64,000 bases of DNA from Camelus dromedarius (Eukaryota), in assembly GCF_036321535.1 (NCBI RefSeq), contig NC_087436.1:113958001-114022000 (forward strand), in the 5' to 3' direction. Position 1 is the stretch's first letter; each line of letters begins with the position of its first letter. Of this stretch, positions 51,108 through 62,989 are shown in pieces. A program made the position numbers and the translations under genes. The notes below the pieces were generated by a model. It worked only from the letters and a program-made list of their open reading frames with translations. It did not search any database and was not told the origin of the DNA.

Positions 51108-52262
51108 AAGTACTAGGTAGGCTTCAACTAGAGGAGCAGAATTAAAATATTGAAGAATAAATCTGACTCCATATTAGAGTTGTTTCTTCAGCTCCAACCC
51201 TGTGCTCTGGTCCTGTGCATAGTCATGCTGGTTTTCCACTTTTTGTACAAGAATGTTGCCTAGAGACGGAAATATACAGGAGAGCCTATTCTCAAGATTC
51301 TGACCTTTAAGGGTATAACACTTTCCCATTCATATAGAGACAAACAGAGAATAACATTTGTCTTGTTGGAGATTTACAGGGGCATTATGACCTGACCTAC
51401 GTAGACAGCTGCAAGAACAAAGGATTCTGACACCAAGAAGTTTGCAACAACTAACCACTCCTTTTTAGTATAAAAAGAGCCTGAATTCTGACTTAGGGAA
51501 GATGGTTCTGTAGGTCATTATTTTCCCATCTTCTCAGTCTGATGGCTTTCCAAATAAAGTCATTATTCCTGCCCCAACACCTTGTCTCCTGCCCAATTCA
51601 TTGGCCTGTCATACAGTGAGCAGAATTTTGGACTTGGTAACAGAATCAGATATACATAGTATATATACAGTACATATGTAGTATGTATACACACACATGC
51701 ATGTATATATACATATACACATGTGTGAATATATACATATGTGCATTGTACTTGTCATATATGTGAATATTCATATATACAGGGGTTGTGTGTGTAGGTA
51801 CATATACACACGCACAGGGAATAGGAAATAGGTTTCCACCATTCTAGGGACTGGCTAAGCAAGCCTGGGCAGGCAGTTAGGAAGGGAAGATTCAGGAGAG
51901 GAATGTCAGCCCGCACAATATGCTTGGAGTATCTGATTATCAAGAAGACCCTAGTCTCCTTTTAAAGGGCTTCCACCTGATTAAGTCACACCCACCCACA
52001 ATGGTCTCTCTTTTGATTAACTAAAAATAATCAATGACTTTGGAACTTTATATCACATTGATAAAATCCCTATACAGAAACACTAAGACTAGTATTTGCT
52101 TAAATAATGGAAAAATTCTGTATTGCTATAAGATGGCTACAGCCTCCCTTCCCACTCCCTAATTCTCCTGAGAGAATATTCCTTGTGGCCCAGCCCAGCT
52201 GGAAACATAAAACAGAAGAGAAATTCCGGGGCAGGTGGTATAGCCTGGCCAAGCTGACTTAT
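51108..52262 (-). mobile_element. MLT2-family ERVL LTR, split by a younger LTR
   Basis: gtaggcttcaactagaggagcagaat[insert]cagatatac plus TA/CA tract...ttccacctgattaagtcacacccaccca...tagcctggccaagctgac. Confidence 0.7.
51143..51642 (+). mobile_element. ERV1-type solo LTR (MER41-like), 500 bp
   Basis: 4-bp TSD GAAT (51139-51142 and 51643-51646); TATA box tataaaa at about 51469; AATAAA at about 51553; ends ttggcctgtc...gagcag...ggacttggtaaca. Confidence 0.8.
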
Positions 52263-52344
52263 CAGCTACAAGAACGAAGTATTCTGACACCAAGAAGTTT
52301 GCAACAACCAACCACACCCCCTCCCCTTTTTAGTATAAAAAGAG
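52263..52344 (+). repeat. Isolated internal fragment of the same LTR family (TATA region)
   Basis: Aligns to 51406-51479 and shares an identical core attctgacaccaagaagtttgcaacaac. Confidence 0.9.
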
Positions 52345-53959
52345 TTCCCAGTATTTTTCCAGAGTTGATTCCGAATTTGAATTCAAACTGTCTGACTTCA
52401 AAGACAGTCTCTTAGCCACTCTGAAACACCACCTCCCTGGCAAAGAAAAGACTAGATTTCTAGAAGGTCGTTTTGATTGGATGCCAGGGAACCTACTAAA
52501 ATCTAGTCTAATCAACTAAGTTTGGGAAGCAGACTCCCCAAGATATTCAGCTACTTGCCTACTTGACAACTGAGTGCTGAGATAAAAGGAGTGGAGAACA
52601 ACTCAGAGACATATATGCTGAAATGGCTTACTTGGCAGCCAATCCGAGTCAGGCTGAATTGTGTCCATTCTTTCTGGAGGGATGTGCACACATCACACAA
52701 TACATTGCTAGTGTCTCCTGTTTAGTGTGCCCACTCTATCAGACCTTCTTTGGAGCAGAAACATTTTTATTCATATTTTTTGCAAAGAGCAAGATTTTTT
52801 TTCATGCACATACTAAGAACTCAGTCAAAGCTGACTGAATAGACGAATGGATGGATGAATAGCTGCTGGATAAACAAATGAATTCTGGACATATAGAGAC
52901 TTGTAAACATACAGGATGAGAGCCACAAGTGGCTCTTGGCAGCCCAGGTACAAATGGAGGCCTGTCAAGTTAAACACTTACAGAAAGTGTTTTTCTATTA
53001 TCCAGACAGGAAGCCACTAGGAGCAAAGTACATAGATTTAAAGCAGCAAATAAAGTAAGAAAAAAACTGGCCTCGAATCAATAAAAAATGTCCATCTTCT
53101 CTTTTCAGTTTTATAATCCAGGTCGTGGCTGACCCAAACCACCCAACTCAATTCCACCCCCCATTTAGGACTATTACCTGCCTTGTTAAATATTCAAGTG
53201 CACTGCCCCTCCGGAAAGGGTGCAAGCACTCTAGCACCACAAATCGATCCACACCGTCTCTATATGAGCAGCCTGTTGAAAGAGATTACAAAGCACAGCT
53301 TAGGGTTTGACAAGTTTCCCAGACTTGGAGCTTGGCAGCTGGAGGCAATCAGGCAGCCTTCTCTGTCCCCAGGTCCACAGCTCTGGACAGAAAATTACCA
53401 CTTTATTCCCAGGGTGAATTACTGACTTGGAAGATTTCCTGATGTATCCTGCTCTTTGCAATTTTAATCTTGTCTCAGATGATGATTTTTTATCTGGCTC
53501 AGAGTTTCACTCGGTCATGAAGCAGCAGCTGAAGCTCAAGGAGGGAAATGACTTGCCCAAGATCCTTGAGGGAGGTAGTTACAGACCTGGGATTAGCTCA
53601 GGGAATGTTGATGGACTAAATGCATTGGTTGGACTGAGGAGCTAATGGGTTGGATCTTGCTCTGGATCCAAAGGAAGGCTCCCTAGAGACACTGAGCAAA
53701 CGGACTGGAGCCAAGTTGGCAAATCCATTCATTAAGAATGGTGGTTATTTAGGGTGGCTGGAATTAGGTTCATTCATTCATTCATTTATGCACCCACCAA
53801 ATATTATTCTATGCCTACTATGTGCTAGGTAATATGCAAGAGATAAATGATGAAGCAGGCAGACAAAAAAAGAATACACTAACAGAAAATAGATATGATA
53901 AATTATTATATAACACATCATATATAATTATATTGTACATGATATTATATGATACATAT

Positions 53960-54322
53960 TTTCTTAGTCTGCTCAATCTGCCACATCAAAATAGCATAGA
54001 CAGCTTAAACAACAGAAACTTATTTTCTCACAGTTCTGGAGTCTGAAAGTCTAAGATTGGGAAGCCAGCGCGGTTAGGTTCTGGTAAGGACTCTCTCCCT
54101 GGCTTGCAGATGGCTGCATTCTCACTGCATCATCACATGATGAAGAGAGAGAGCGATCTCTCTGATGTCCCTTCTTACAAGACCACTAGTCCCATCATGG
54201 GACCATTTCATTACCTATCTAACTCTAATTATCTCCCAAAGACTCCCATCTCCAAATGCCATCATGTTGGGTGTTAGGGCAGCAACATATAAATATGGGG
54301 TAACACAATTCAGTCCACAGTA
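53960..54322 (-). mobile_element. MLT1A-family MaLR solo LTR
   Basis: 5-bp TSD CATAT (53955-53959 and 54323-54327); ttaaacaacagaaacttattttctcacagttctgga...ctaattatctcccaaagactcccatctccaaat. Confidence 0.85.
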
Positions 54323-54339
54323 CATATAACTGGATACGG

Positions 54340-54374
54340 TATGATATATGATATGATATGATATGATATGATAT
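54340..54374. repeat. (ATATG)n microsatellite
   Basis: Directly visible. Confidence 0.9.
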
Positions 54375-54559
54375 AGAAAATACAGAGTAAAAACTGAAAA
54401 AGAAAGAAAAAGAAAAAGGTCCTTGTAGGGAGTAACATCTAAAGCAAATCAAATTCTCAAGTTCAAAGACTAGAGACTGATGCAAAGGTCCTGAGTAAAT
54501 ATAGGAATGGAGAAGCAGGCAAGGGGAAGGGTGGGGAAGTCCAGTGCCTGGTCACTTAG

Positions 54560-55050
54560 GCTATGAAGTCAGACAAACCTCACGCACTTGCCAGCTATGA
54601 ATGTTAACAAAATCATTCAAATTTTCTAACTCTATTTCCACAACTGTAAATTGTGGAGAATAACAGTAGCCAATTTATAAAATGGTTGGGAAAGTTACAT
54701 GAGGTAATTTATGTTAAGAGCCTAGACCTGAAGTCAGCATATTGTATTTAATAAGTGGGAGCTATGATTATTGAAATAGTAAAAAAAAAAAAAAAAAAAT
54801 CCATCAGCACATCCTGTTGGCATCCAATCACTTCCAAGGTCACAATACTAGTCCAACTCACCAATGACCTGTGTGGCTTGCACCAATTATTTAAACTCTC
54901 TATGCCTCAGTTTTCTCATCTCTAAAATAGACGCAGCATTAGTGCTTACCTCATAAAGCTATTGTGAGTACTTGTAAATTGACACACATGGAAAGCACTT
55001 TAAAGGATGCCTGGACCCTAATCCTTGATAAGTGCTCAGTAAGCAGTCCC
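54560..55050 (+). mobile_element. Two MIR SINEs in tandem
   Basis: gaagtcagacaaacct...ctgtaaattgtggagaataacagtag; tgcctcagttttctcatctctaaaatag...taagtgctcagtaa. Confidence 0.7.
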
Positions 55051-55059
55051 AATTACTGT

Positions 55060-55700
55060 CGTCTTTCATCTGGGTTGTTGTGATAGCAGCCCCTTCCCTG
55101 CTCTCTCTGCTTCTACCCCTGCTCCGTGGGGTTCTTTGCACAGCAACAAGAGTGACTCATTTGATAAACAAATCATGTCAGCCTCCATAAAGTACCATCT
55201 TACTCAGATGAAAAGAAAATTCTTCTCATTGGCTTGGACCTCTTACTCTCAAATCTTTTATTTCCCACCGCACCCACCTTACTCACCCTGCTTCTGCCAC
55301 CCGGCCTCTGTGCTTTTCCTTCAACATGTTAGGCACTCTTGCATATCATGTCTTTTTACTTGCAGTTTCTCTGCCCAGAAAGTGTGTGTCCCAGGTATAT
55401 TAACATCTAGACATTCAATCCACTCAGGTCTCTGTTTAAGTATCACATTAGCAGAAAGACCTTTCCTGAAAAACTGACCTAAATAGAAAATGCTCCCAAG
55501 TACATCCCATTACCCTGACCCTTTGATATTTTCTTTATTGTCTGACTTAGTATAAATGTATACTGATAATTGCCCATTGTCTGTTGTCTCAATAGAATGT
55601 AAGCTCCATGAGGGCAGGGATTTGGTTTGTTCACCTGCAACAAGAAATGTGCTAGACACACAGAAAAAGTTTAATCAATATTTTTCAGTGATAAATAAAT
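55060..55700 (+). mobile_element. L2a 3' region
   Basis: ttcaatccactcaggtctctgtttaagtatcac...tagaatgtaagctccatgagggcagggatttggtttgttcac. Confidence 0.85.
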
Positions 55701-56169
55701 AAGAGAGCCATGGTCAGGATGTCCTCCCTGATTGACCATTGACCACATGGGACAGGAATGGTCCCTTTGGATGGAAGGCACACAGACTGTAATCTTGAAT
55801 GAAAGATTCATGAACCCAGATCCCTGACTTCCAGGCTAGTGCCTTTTCTAGGTGCAACATGGAAAATCTGACCAGACAGTTCTCAGTGGCAGAAGGAAGG
55901 GAATCTCCATTGCTTAGCAAATCCAAGCATTACCTTAATGACCTAGTAAATCATCCTGATAATCTGAAGGTCTCTAAAATACAGTGATCTGAGAAACTGC
56001 TGACTCCAGCAGTCTCCAAGGGAATGTTGTTAGTGATGTCTGGGATGGATTTTTTGCAGGCACTTTGACATTTTGTGTAGATTAAGGTACAAGAGAATAA
56101 GTCATACTTCTGCCTTTTATGCCACAGAGTCCAATAAATTCACAAGCAAGGTAAGGCTGTAAATCCTTC

Positions 56170-56172
<3 letters not shown>

Positions 56173-56218
<46 letters not shown>
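56173..56218. repeat. Perfect (GT)23 microsatellite
   Basis: Counted directly. Confidence 0.98.
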
Positions 56219-56221
<3 letters not shown>

Positions 56222-56469
56222 GAGGAGGTAGCATCTCTGGCATTATTTTAACCAGAAACCATAGTTAAGTGGAGTCTTGAAACTATTTTGATGTTCATGT
56301 CAAATATCACTGAGGCCACTTCTTAAAACAGGTTAGCTTTCCACAGTTTTCTTGCTTACTTATTTACTTCCTTCCTTCCTGGCTGTCTGCAGGATGAAAT
56401 TGAAGATGAACCCTTGTTTCACCCTGAGTATGGTCACTGTCCCACCTCCCTGTGTAGCCTTTGGATGGA

Positions 56470-58530
56470 GACAACAAGGACTTCTCTTCTGGGCCCCATG
56501 CTTTAGAAGGTGCTATATATTGCACACACAGTAAAAGATGAATTTATTAAAAAATAAAACATCACCATCACCTCTGCTTCTTGCCATCCAGCTCTCAGTT
56601 CTGACACATCATGATCCCTCACCCTGAACCTCCACTCCTGTGAGCATTCAAGTCCCAGGAAAATGCTTCTCCACGTCTCTTACCCTGGGTCCTCAAAAAA
56701 GGTAAGTGCATCTGAACATAATGAAGGTTTGCAGCTGTGTTACTGCCAACATCACAGATGGATGCTGCAGGATTTGAGCAGCAGGAGCAACTAAAGCATG
56801 GAACAGACAAATTGATTAACTTGTGAAGTCTTTTCTTGCAGAGAGTACAAATGCAGGAGATTTGAGCATGACAAAGTGACACAAAGCATTCATTTTCTTG
56901 CTTTGTGCTCATATTGGATCTCTTGGCTCCAGAGGTAAATGTGAGCCACTGAGGTGGTCACATCAGTTCTTCAGGACAGCTAGGAATCATTTCTCTGTAT
57001 TAAGCAATTCATTTTGCTCTGAAAGCTTTATATGTTTGCATTGTAGATGTAACAGGCATGAAGCATGACACCAATTATTTACATTGGTAACTGGATAAAC
57101 ATAACATACTAGAACACTAAATAGCATATCACCAAAAAGAAAAAAAAGTTAACATTTAATTAACTTGACAATCAAAATATTTCAGTTTTAACATTATGAA
57201 GATTCCTCAAAAGGCTAAAAATAGACTTAAAGACTAAAAATAGACTTACCATATGATCCAGCAATCCCACTCCTAGGCATATATCTAGAGGGAACCTTAA
57301 TTCAAAAAGACACCTGCACCCCAATGTTCATAGCAATACTATTTACAATAGCCAAGACATGGAAACAGCCTAAATGTCCATCAACAGATGACTAGATAAA
57401 GCAGTTGTGGTATATTTATACAATGGAATACTACTCAGCAATAAAAAATGATAAAAATAATGCCATTTGCAGCAACGTGCATGGCCCTGGAGAATGTCAT
57501 TCTAAGTGAAGTAAGCCAGAAAGAGAAAGAAAAATACCATATGAGATTGCTCATATGCAGAATTTAAAAAGGAAAAAGACAAATAAACTTATATATAAAA
57601 CAGAAACAGACTCACAGATATAGAATACAGACTTGTGGTTGCCAGGGGGGAAGAGGGTGTGAAGGGATAAACTGGGAGTTCGAGATTTGCAGGTATTGAC
57701 TGGTATACATAAAATAAATAAACAAGTTTATACTCTATAGCACAGAGAAATATATTCAATATCATGTAGTAGCTTATGGTGAAAAAGAATATGAAAATGA
57801 ATATATGTATATCCATGTATGACATTGTGCTGTACACCAGAAATTGACAGAACATTGTAAACTGACTATACCTCAATTGAAAAATTCAGTTTTATTTAAA
57901 TAATTTAAATTTAATTTTTGATATTTTGACATAAAAAATTATAAGTCGATATTTTGTTTTAATTTTAACAACTTAAAATTTTGAGTGTTTTAGAAGAAAA
58001 CTGAAAAATAAACAAACATAATTTTCATCTTTTGATTTCTATACATTAATTTTAATTATATTTTTGATGAAAATTTATTAACATTTTGTAGACTTTGAAT
58101 TCAACTGTGTTTTACTTTTCAACCCTTCAGATCAGTTTGAATGAGTACAAACTGAGATTGTGATATAGTCCAAAAGAATAAAAACATATCTCAAAGAAGA
58201 AAACAGGTGAAAAATGAAAAGACAACTTTTCAAAAAGGGAGTCTGCTTAGAACTAGAAATAATAGATGTGAATAAACTTCATTTGGTAGAAATCACATAA
58301 AATTAATGACTATTGCATTAGAAATTCTTGATGTAAAGAAGATTTAATTATTAATCAAAACAATGAAAATGAACACGGAAATTATTCTCATCAAATCCAC
58401 CACTGAGCAAGTCAGATGAAATCATTGCAACATTGGGCTGTTCACTGAATTAAGACATAATTACTGATCAGAAAGAGAAAAGGCATAGGCCGCCATTTTT
58501 ACCCTTGCTCTGAGTCCTGGGAGTCAGCCT
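56470..58530 (+). mobile_element. Possible hAT-Tip100 (Zaphod/MER91-like) DNA transposon remnant, interrupted by L1
   Basis: gggccccatgctttagaagg at 56491 resembles the Zaphod/MER91 left end. LIKSTTEQVR*NH at about 58387 resembles the hAT dimerisation motif (LRSTMxQxRL). Confidence 0.35.
57191..57884 (+). mobile_element. Young 5'-truncated L1 (ORF2 C-terminus plus 3'UTR)
   Basis: DLPYDPAIPLLGIY...CTPMFIAILFTIAKTWKQPKCPSTDD ORF2 peptide; probable TSD ttcagtttta (57181 and 57885). Confidence 0.95.
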
Positions 58531-58794
58531 TTCGCAAAACACACTGTGAAACAGGGTGCTGCACCTTTAGCTTTTCACTGCCTAACTGTCTCTAATGCAA
58601 GTCCATCAAAACCTTCCTTTTCAGAGTAATCACTACAGGGAAAAGGGCAGAATACTATAAGAACAGCAAATGTGGGGGAGCTACAAGAGGTCAGACTACG
58701 TTCCCGCTTGCAGTGGTCAGTTCTTATTCTAAGACAGTAAATAGAATTTACTTTGAGCTTCTCCCTTCCATTTTATTCACTTACTTTTTAAAGT

Positions 58795-59010
58795 CACACA
58801 TGCATTGAGTACATGTTATATACAAGATCTTTGCCAAGAGCCTTACATGCTCTATCTTATTTGGTGTTTAAACAACCTTATGGAAGAGTTCATTTTACTT
58901 TCTTTATTCACAGATAAGGAAACAGAGTAGTTAGTTCCTTACCCAAAGTGATCAATGTAGCTAGAATTTGAACCCAGGTAATCTGGTTCAAAACCCCATG
59001 AATAACCTAT
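58795..59010 (-). mobile_element. MIR SINE
   Basis: aacaaccttatgg...cagataaggaaacagag...ctagaatttgaacccaggtaatctgg. Confidence 0.75.
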
Positions 59011-61645
59011 GATATCCCTCATTCAATTAAGCTACTTTTGTGATGAGGGCAGAGGAATGTGTCCATTCTCTATCTCTTCTGGATTATTCTTTAGCAAAAG
59101 GTCATTTTTACTCTCCCACAGAGATCTTTCTCTGTAATAAACAAAATCAGTGTTTATTCCCTCCCCATGTTATGTGGACACCTTAATGCATGGACGACTT
59201 CTCATGCATCTTTGCATCTCCTGTGCCTACATCAGGGCTTATGTATTTTAGGAGTTGATTTCGTGATTGAAAAATGAATGAATGAAAACGAATGAAGACA
59301 GTGCAATGAGTGACCCTTATCTCAAGTGAATAACGATTTCTAAAGATCTTCAGAGCATGTGCTGTCTGTCTAGAAAGTTCATTTCCCTCTCTCTGTGTTC
59401 CTTCCATGCCACAGGTAGAGGCATGGGGCCTCCTGCAAGTATCAGTTAGAAGGATTCCCCCTTCTATCCACCTCTCACTCAGACCTCTCTGTAAGAGGAG
59501 GAGTGATTTTTCTTACTGCCCAGATTGGGATGGAGGGTCAAGAATGCCAGCCGTAGCCCCTTCAGGGCTCTATTTTTTGCCTAGTGAGCCCGCAGAACAG
59601 AGGCTTTCTTTTCTCCATCTCTTCATCCACGTGGGAGGCACACCTGATTGAGTGCCCAGGGGCACCTTCTAAAGGCAAATCAGAAGGCTCGGTTTTGTGC
59701 TTGCTTTCAGCCTTTCTGGGTTCATGGAGGTGAGCAGATCATGACCTCCATACAGCAAGATTACAAATAAAATTGAAAAATTTTATGATGAGATATGCTC
59801 AGGAGCCAGGAAATAGGAAACCATGCAGAAGAATCTTCTAAATTCACCTAGGGAGGAAGGAAATTGGGCTATTCATTCTAGGGTGAGCCATGATCTGTGT
59901 TTCTATTTTGGGGGAAGGATGTGGATAAGTATGGAAGCAGGTGATGGTGGATGGGGGACAGGTCAGCACAACAAAAAAGAAGATCATGTGGAAATAAATC
60001 TCTTCACTCCACTTCCCGCTTTACTTTCTACCCTCCACTCTTATTTCCTACAGCCTACTTTCTCTTTCCCTGCAGCCTTGGCTGTACACATGCTGGTCCC
60101 TGCACCCAGAATGTTTCTATCCCTATCTTCACCTGGTTGCATCCTCATTCTCCACACTAGACTTTAGTGTAATTTCCACAAGGAGGCTCTTCGTGCACCC
60201 CCAGTCTAAACTAGCATGCCACCCCATTATTTCCCTCACAGAACAATTCATCCCTCCTCCAGCATAGGGTGTGGAAACATGGTCGGAATATTTCCAAAGA
60301 GATGGAGGCTAAAAGTCTTGAGGCAAAAGCACTGCTGAAAAATGGAATCACCTCACACGTAACTCTTACATCTGGGGGGAAAACAGACAAGCAAAGGAAC
60401 AAAATGAAGTGAAACCAAGTAACAAAAACAAAACAAAACTGTGGCGAGGTGTCAGGTAATGAGCAAGGAAGAGGTCCTTCTAAGAGCTGAACGTGAAAAT
60501 AAAGGAAGCTATACTGACTTCACAAACAGAGCCTGTGGCAGGTTTTACTTAAGTTAAAATAAAACTTAACGTATATGGGAGACAAAGATAAGAAGTCAAC
60601 ACACAGAGAGATGCTGAGAGTGCCACAGAAGATGGGGTCTGGAATGACAACCCCAAATCTGCCAACTGGATTGTTAGACAATATACTGTTCGCAGAATAC
60701 TTGTCAGGAAGTGAGACGTGAAGTGACAGCGTGGACTGCCGTTCTGAGGGCTAGAGGACAGCAAACGTTCTTAATCTCTGCTACTGCTTTGGTGGAACAG
60801 AAAAGACATCGTATTCAGAGTCACATTGAGTCCAGGAATTTGAGATTTCTCTCTGTTTCTCTATCTTCTTTTGCAAAATGAGAGAATTGAAAGGAAGAAT
60901 TCCATGGTTCACCTTTAGGGGCTCACATGCATAAACAACTGATTTTTGAGAACCTATGAGGCTCCAAAATACAGACGTGTTTTGATTCGAGTTGCACGCC
61001 TAATCCAGTATCTTCCCATCAGTCATGCCACTCATCGGCTTAGGTTGGATCAGAAAGAAATTCTTGATCCCAAACTCCTCAGTCTATTAAAAAAAAATTG
61101 CTTTTTGTTCATTCCATGGTAGTGATCTTTTTATTCTTAACTGAAAAAAAAAAAAAAAAAAGCCCACCACAGAGTTTGGAGAAACTCATCTTGGTGTTCA
61201 AGGGACTGAGTGAAGCTGGTATTTTTTTCTGTTGGTTGTTGAACGTGAAGTCTGTTGACTGTGAAAATGTTGACTTCCGTTGCTCTGACTAAAGGTGTAT
61301 GTATGTGTGAATGTGCTCCCAGTTTGTAAGTAATAAAAAGATTAAATCTGAAAATGGTTCTATGAGATACAGCCTTTCACACTGAGTTGTATTTTACAAC
61401 ATTTTCAGGTGAAATGTGATCACTGTGAACAATTGCCTATTGATGCATGTTTCTCAGAACTCAGCAGGCCATGGAGAACAGTCTCAACCAATTGCAAATT
61501 CCTGGAAAGTGTCCTCAGACAACATGGCTTGCAACCAAAAGTATCGGGAATCTAAGTAAATCTTAATGGTTCTGCCCTACCTTCTATCAATGAAATAACT
61601 CACTTCTCCAAGCTCGGGGACAAGTATACTCACTCTCCCTACTTT

Positions 61646-62291
61646 TTTTTATTAATTGAAGTATAGTCAGTTTACAATGCTATGTTAATTTCCGGTGTAC
61701 AGCACAATAGTTCAGTCATATAGAAACATACAAATACTTGTTTTCATATTCTTTTTCACCGTAAGTTACTACCAAATATTGAATATAGTTCCCTGTGCTA
61801 TACAGTATAAGCTTCTTGTTTATCTATTTTATATATATTAGTTAGTATCTGCAAATCTCGGACTCCCAATTTATCCCTTCACACTCCCTTCCCACCTAGT
61901 AAACATAAGTTTGTTTTCTATGTCTGAAATCTGAAATCAAACATAAGTTTGATTCTATGTCTGAATCTGTTTCTGTTTTGTAAATAAGTTGGTTAGTCTT
62001 TTTTTTTTTTCAGATTCTGCATATAAGTGATACCATAGGGTGTTTTTCTTTCTCTTTCTGACTTACTTCATTCAGAATGACATTCTCCAAGGCTATCCAT
62101 GTTGCCACAAATGGCATTATTTTATTATTTTTTATGGATGAGTAATATTCCATTGTATAAATATACTACAACTTCTTTATCCAGTCATCTGTCAATGAAT
62201 GTTAGGTTGTTTCCATGTCTTAGTGATTGCAAAAAGTCCTGCTATGAACATTGGGGAACATGTATCTTTTTGAATTAAGGTTCCCTCTGGA
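61646..62291 (-). mobile_element. Young 5'-truncated L1 (ORF2 C-terminus plus 3'UTR)
   Basis: TSD tcactctccctacttt (61630) / tcactcatcctacttt (62292), 14 of 16 bases matching; antisense match to 57283-57880. Confidence 0.95.
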
Positions 62292-62479
62292 TCACTCATC
62301 CTACTTTAAATGGCAAAACTATATAAAATCTGTTCAGTGTGACCCCACCGTTTTCAATAATAAAGTTCAAACTGAAAAAGTAGATATTACTTACATTTAA
62401 ATTAAAACCATTTTAATTCAAACTTAGCCTTTCCTGTCCCCAATCAGATCTGATGATCATAACAAATTAATACGTTAGG

Positions 62480-62900
62480 AAGATGTATAAGAAAGCGCAA
62501 GAGATACATTGGTGCCCATTAGATCTGAGTTCAAATCCTAAACCAAGAGGCTTTGGAAAGTAACCAATATGAATGTCATAAGTAAAACAGGGGTAACCTT
62601 GCATGTTTATTGTGAGGTTTAAATGGGATAACAAATGGAAAATCATTTTTGAGCACTTATGTGTGTTGACTTACTGTGTTCTTACTGTGGATGCATACTA
62701 AGTACTTGATAAGTATTCATTTATATAATCCTTATAACAACCCTTTGAGTTTGGCACTATTATCATTCATGTTGTTAAAAAGAAAGTACTACTAGCTGTA
62801 GGATAACTGAATCCAAGAGAGATTAGAAATTTTACCTAAGTAAGTGTTAATTTCAGGCTTTGAATATATCAGAGCCTATGTTCCAAAATACCATACTATA
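62480..62900. mobile_element. Two MIR fragments, tail-to-tail (+ then -)
   Basis: agatctgagttcaaatcct...ttgtgaggtttaaatgggataac (+); ttgagcacttatg...taatccttataacaaccctttgag (-). Confidence 0.65.
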
Positions 62901-62989
62901 TGACATTTTATCATAATCCTCTGAAATTGATCTAAGAATATGTTTAAGATTTAAGAATTTCCCTGGGTCCACACTATATTAGGTGATTA

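Noticed and set aside
61085..61165. A-runs suggesting a retrocopy tail
   Set aside because: No TSD or recognisable body. The A/T runs at about 27897, 34352 and 54781 are likewise treated as simple homopolymers.
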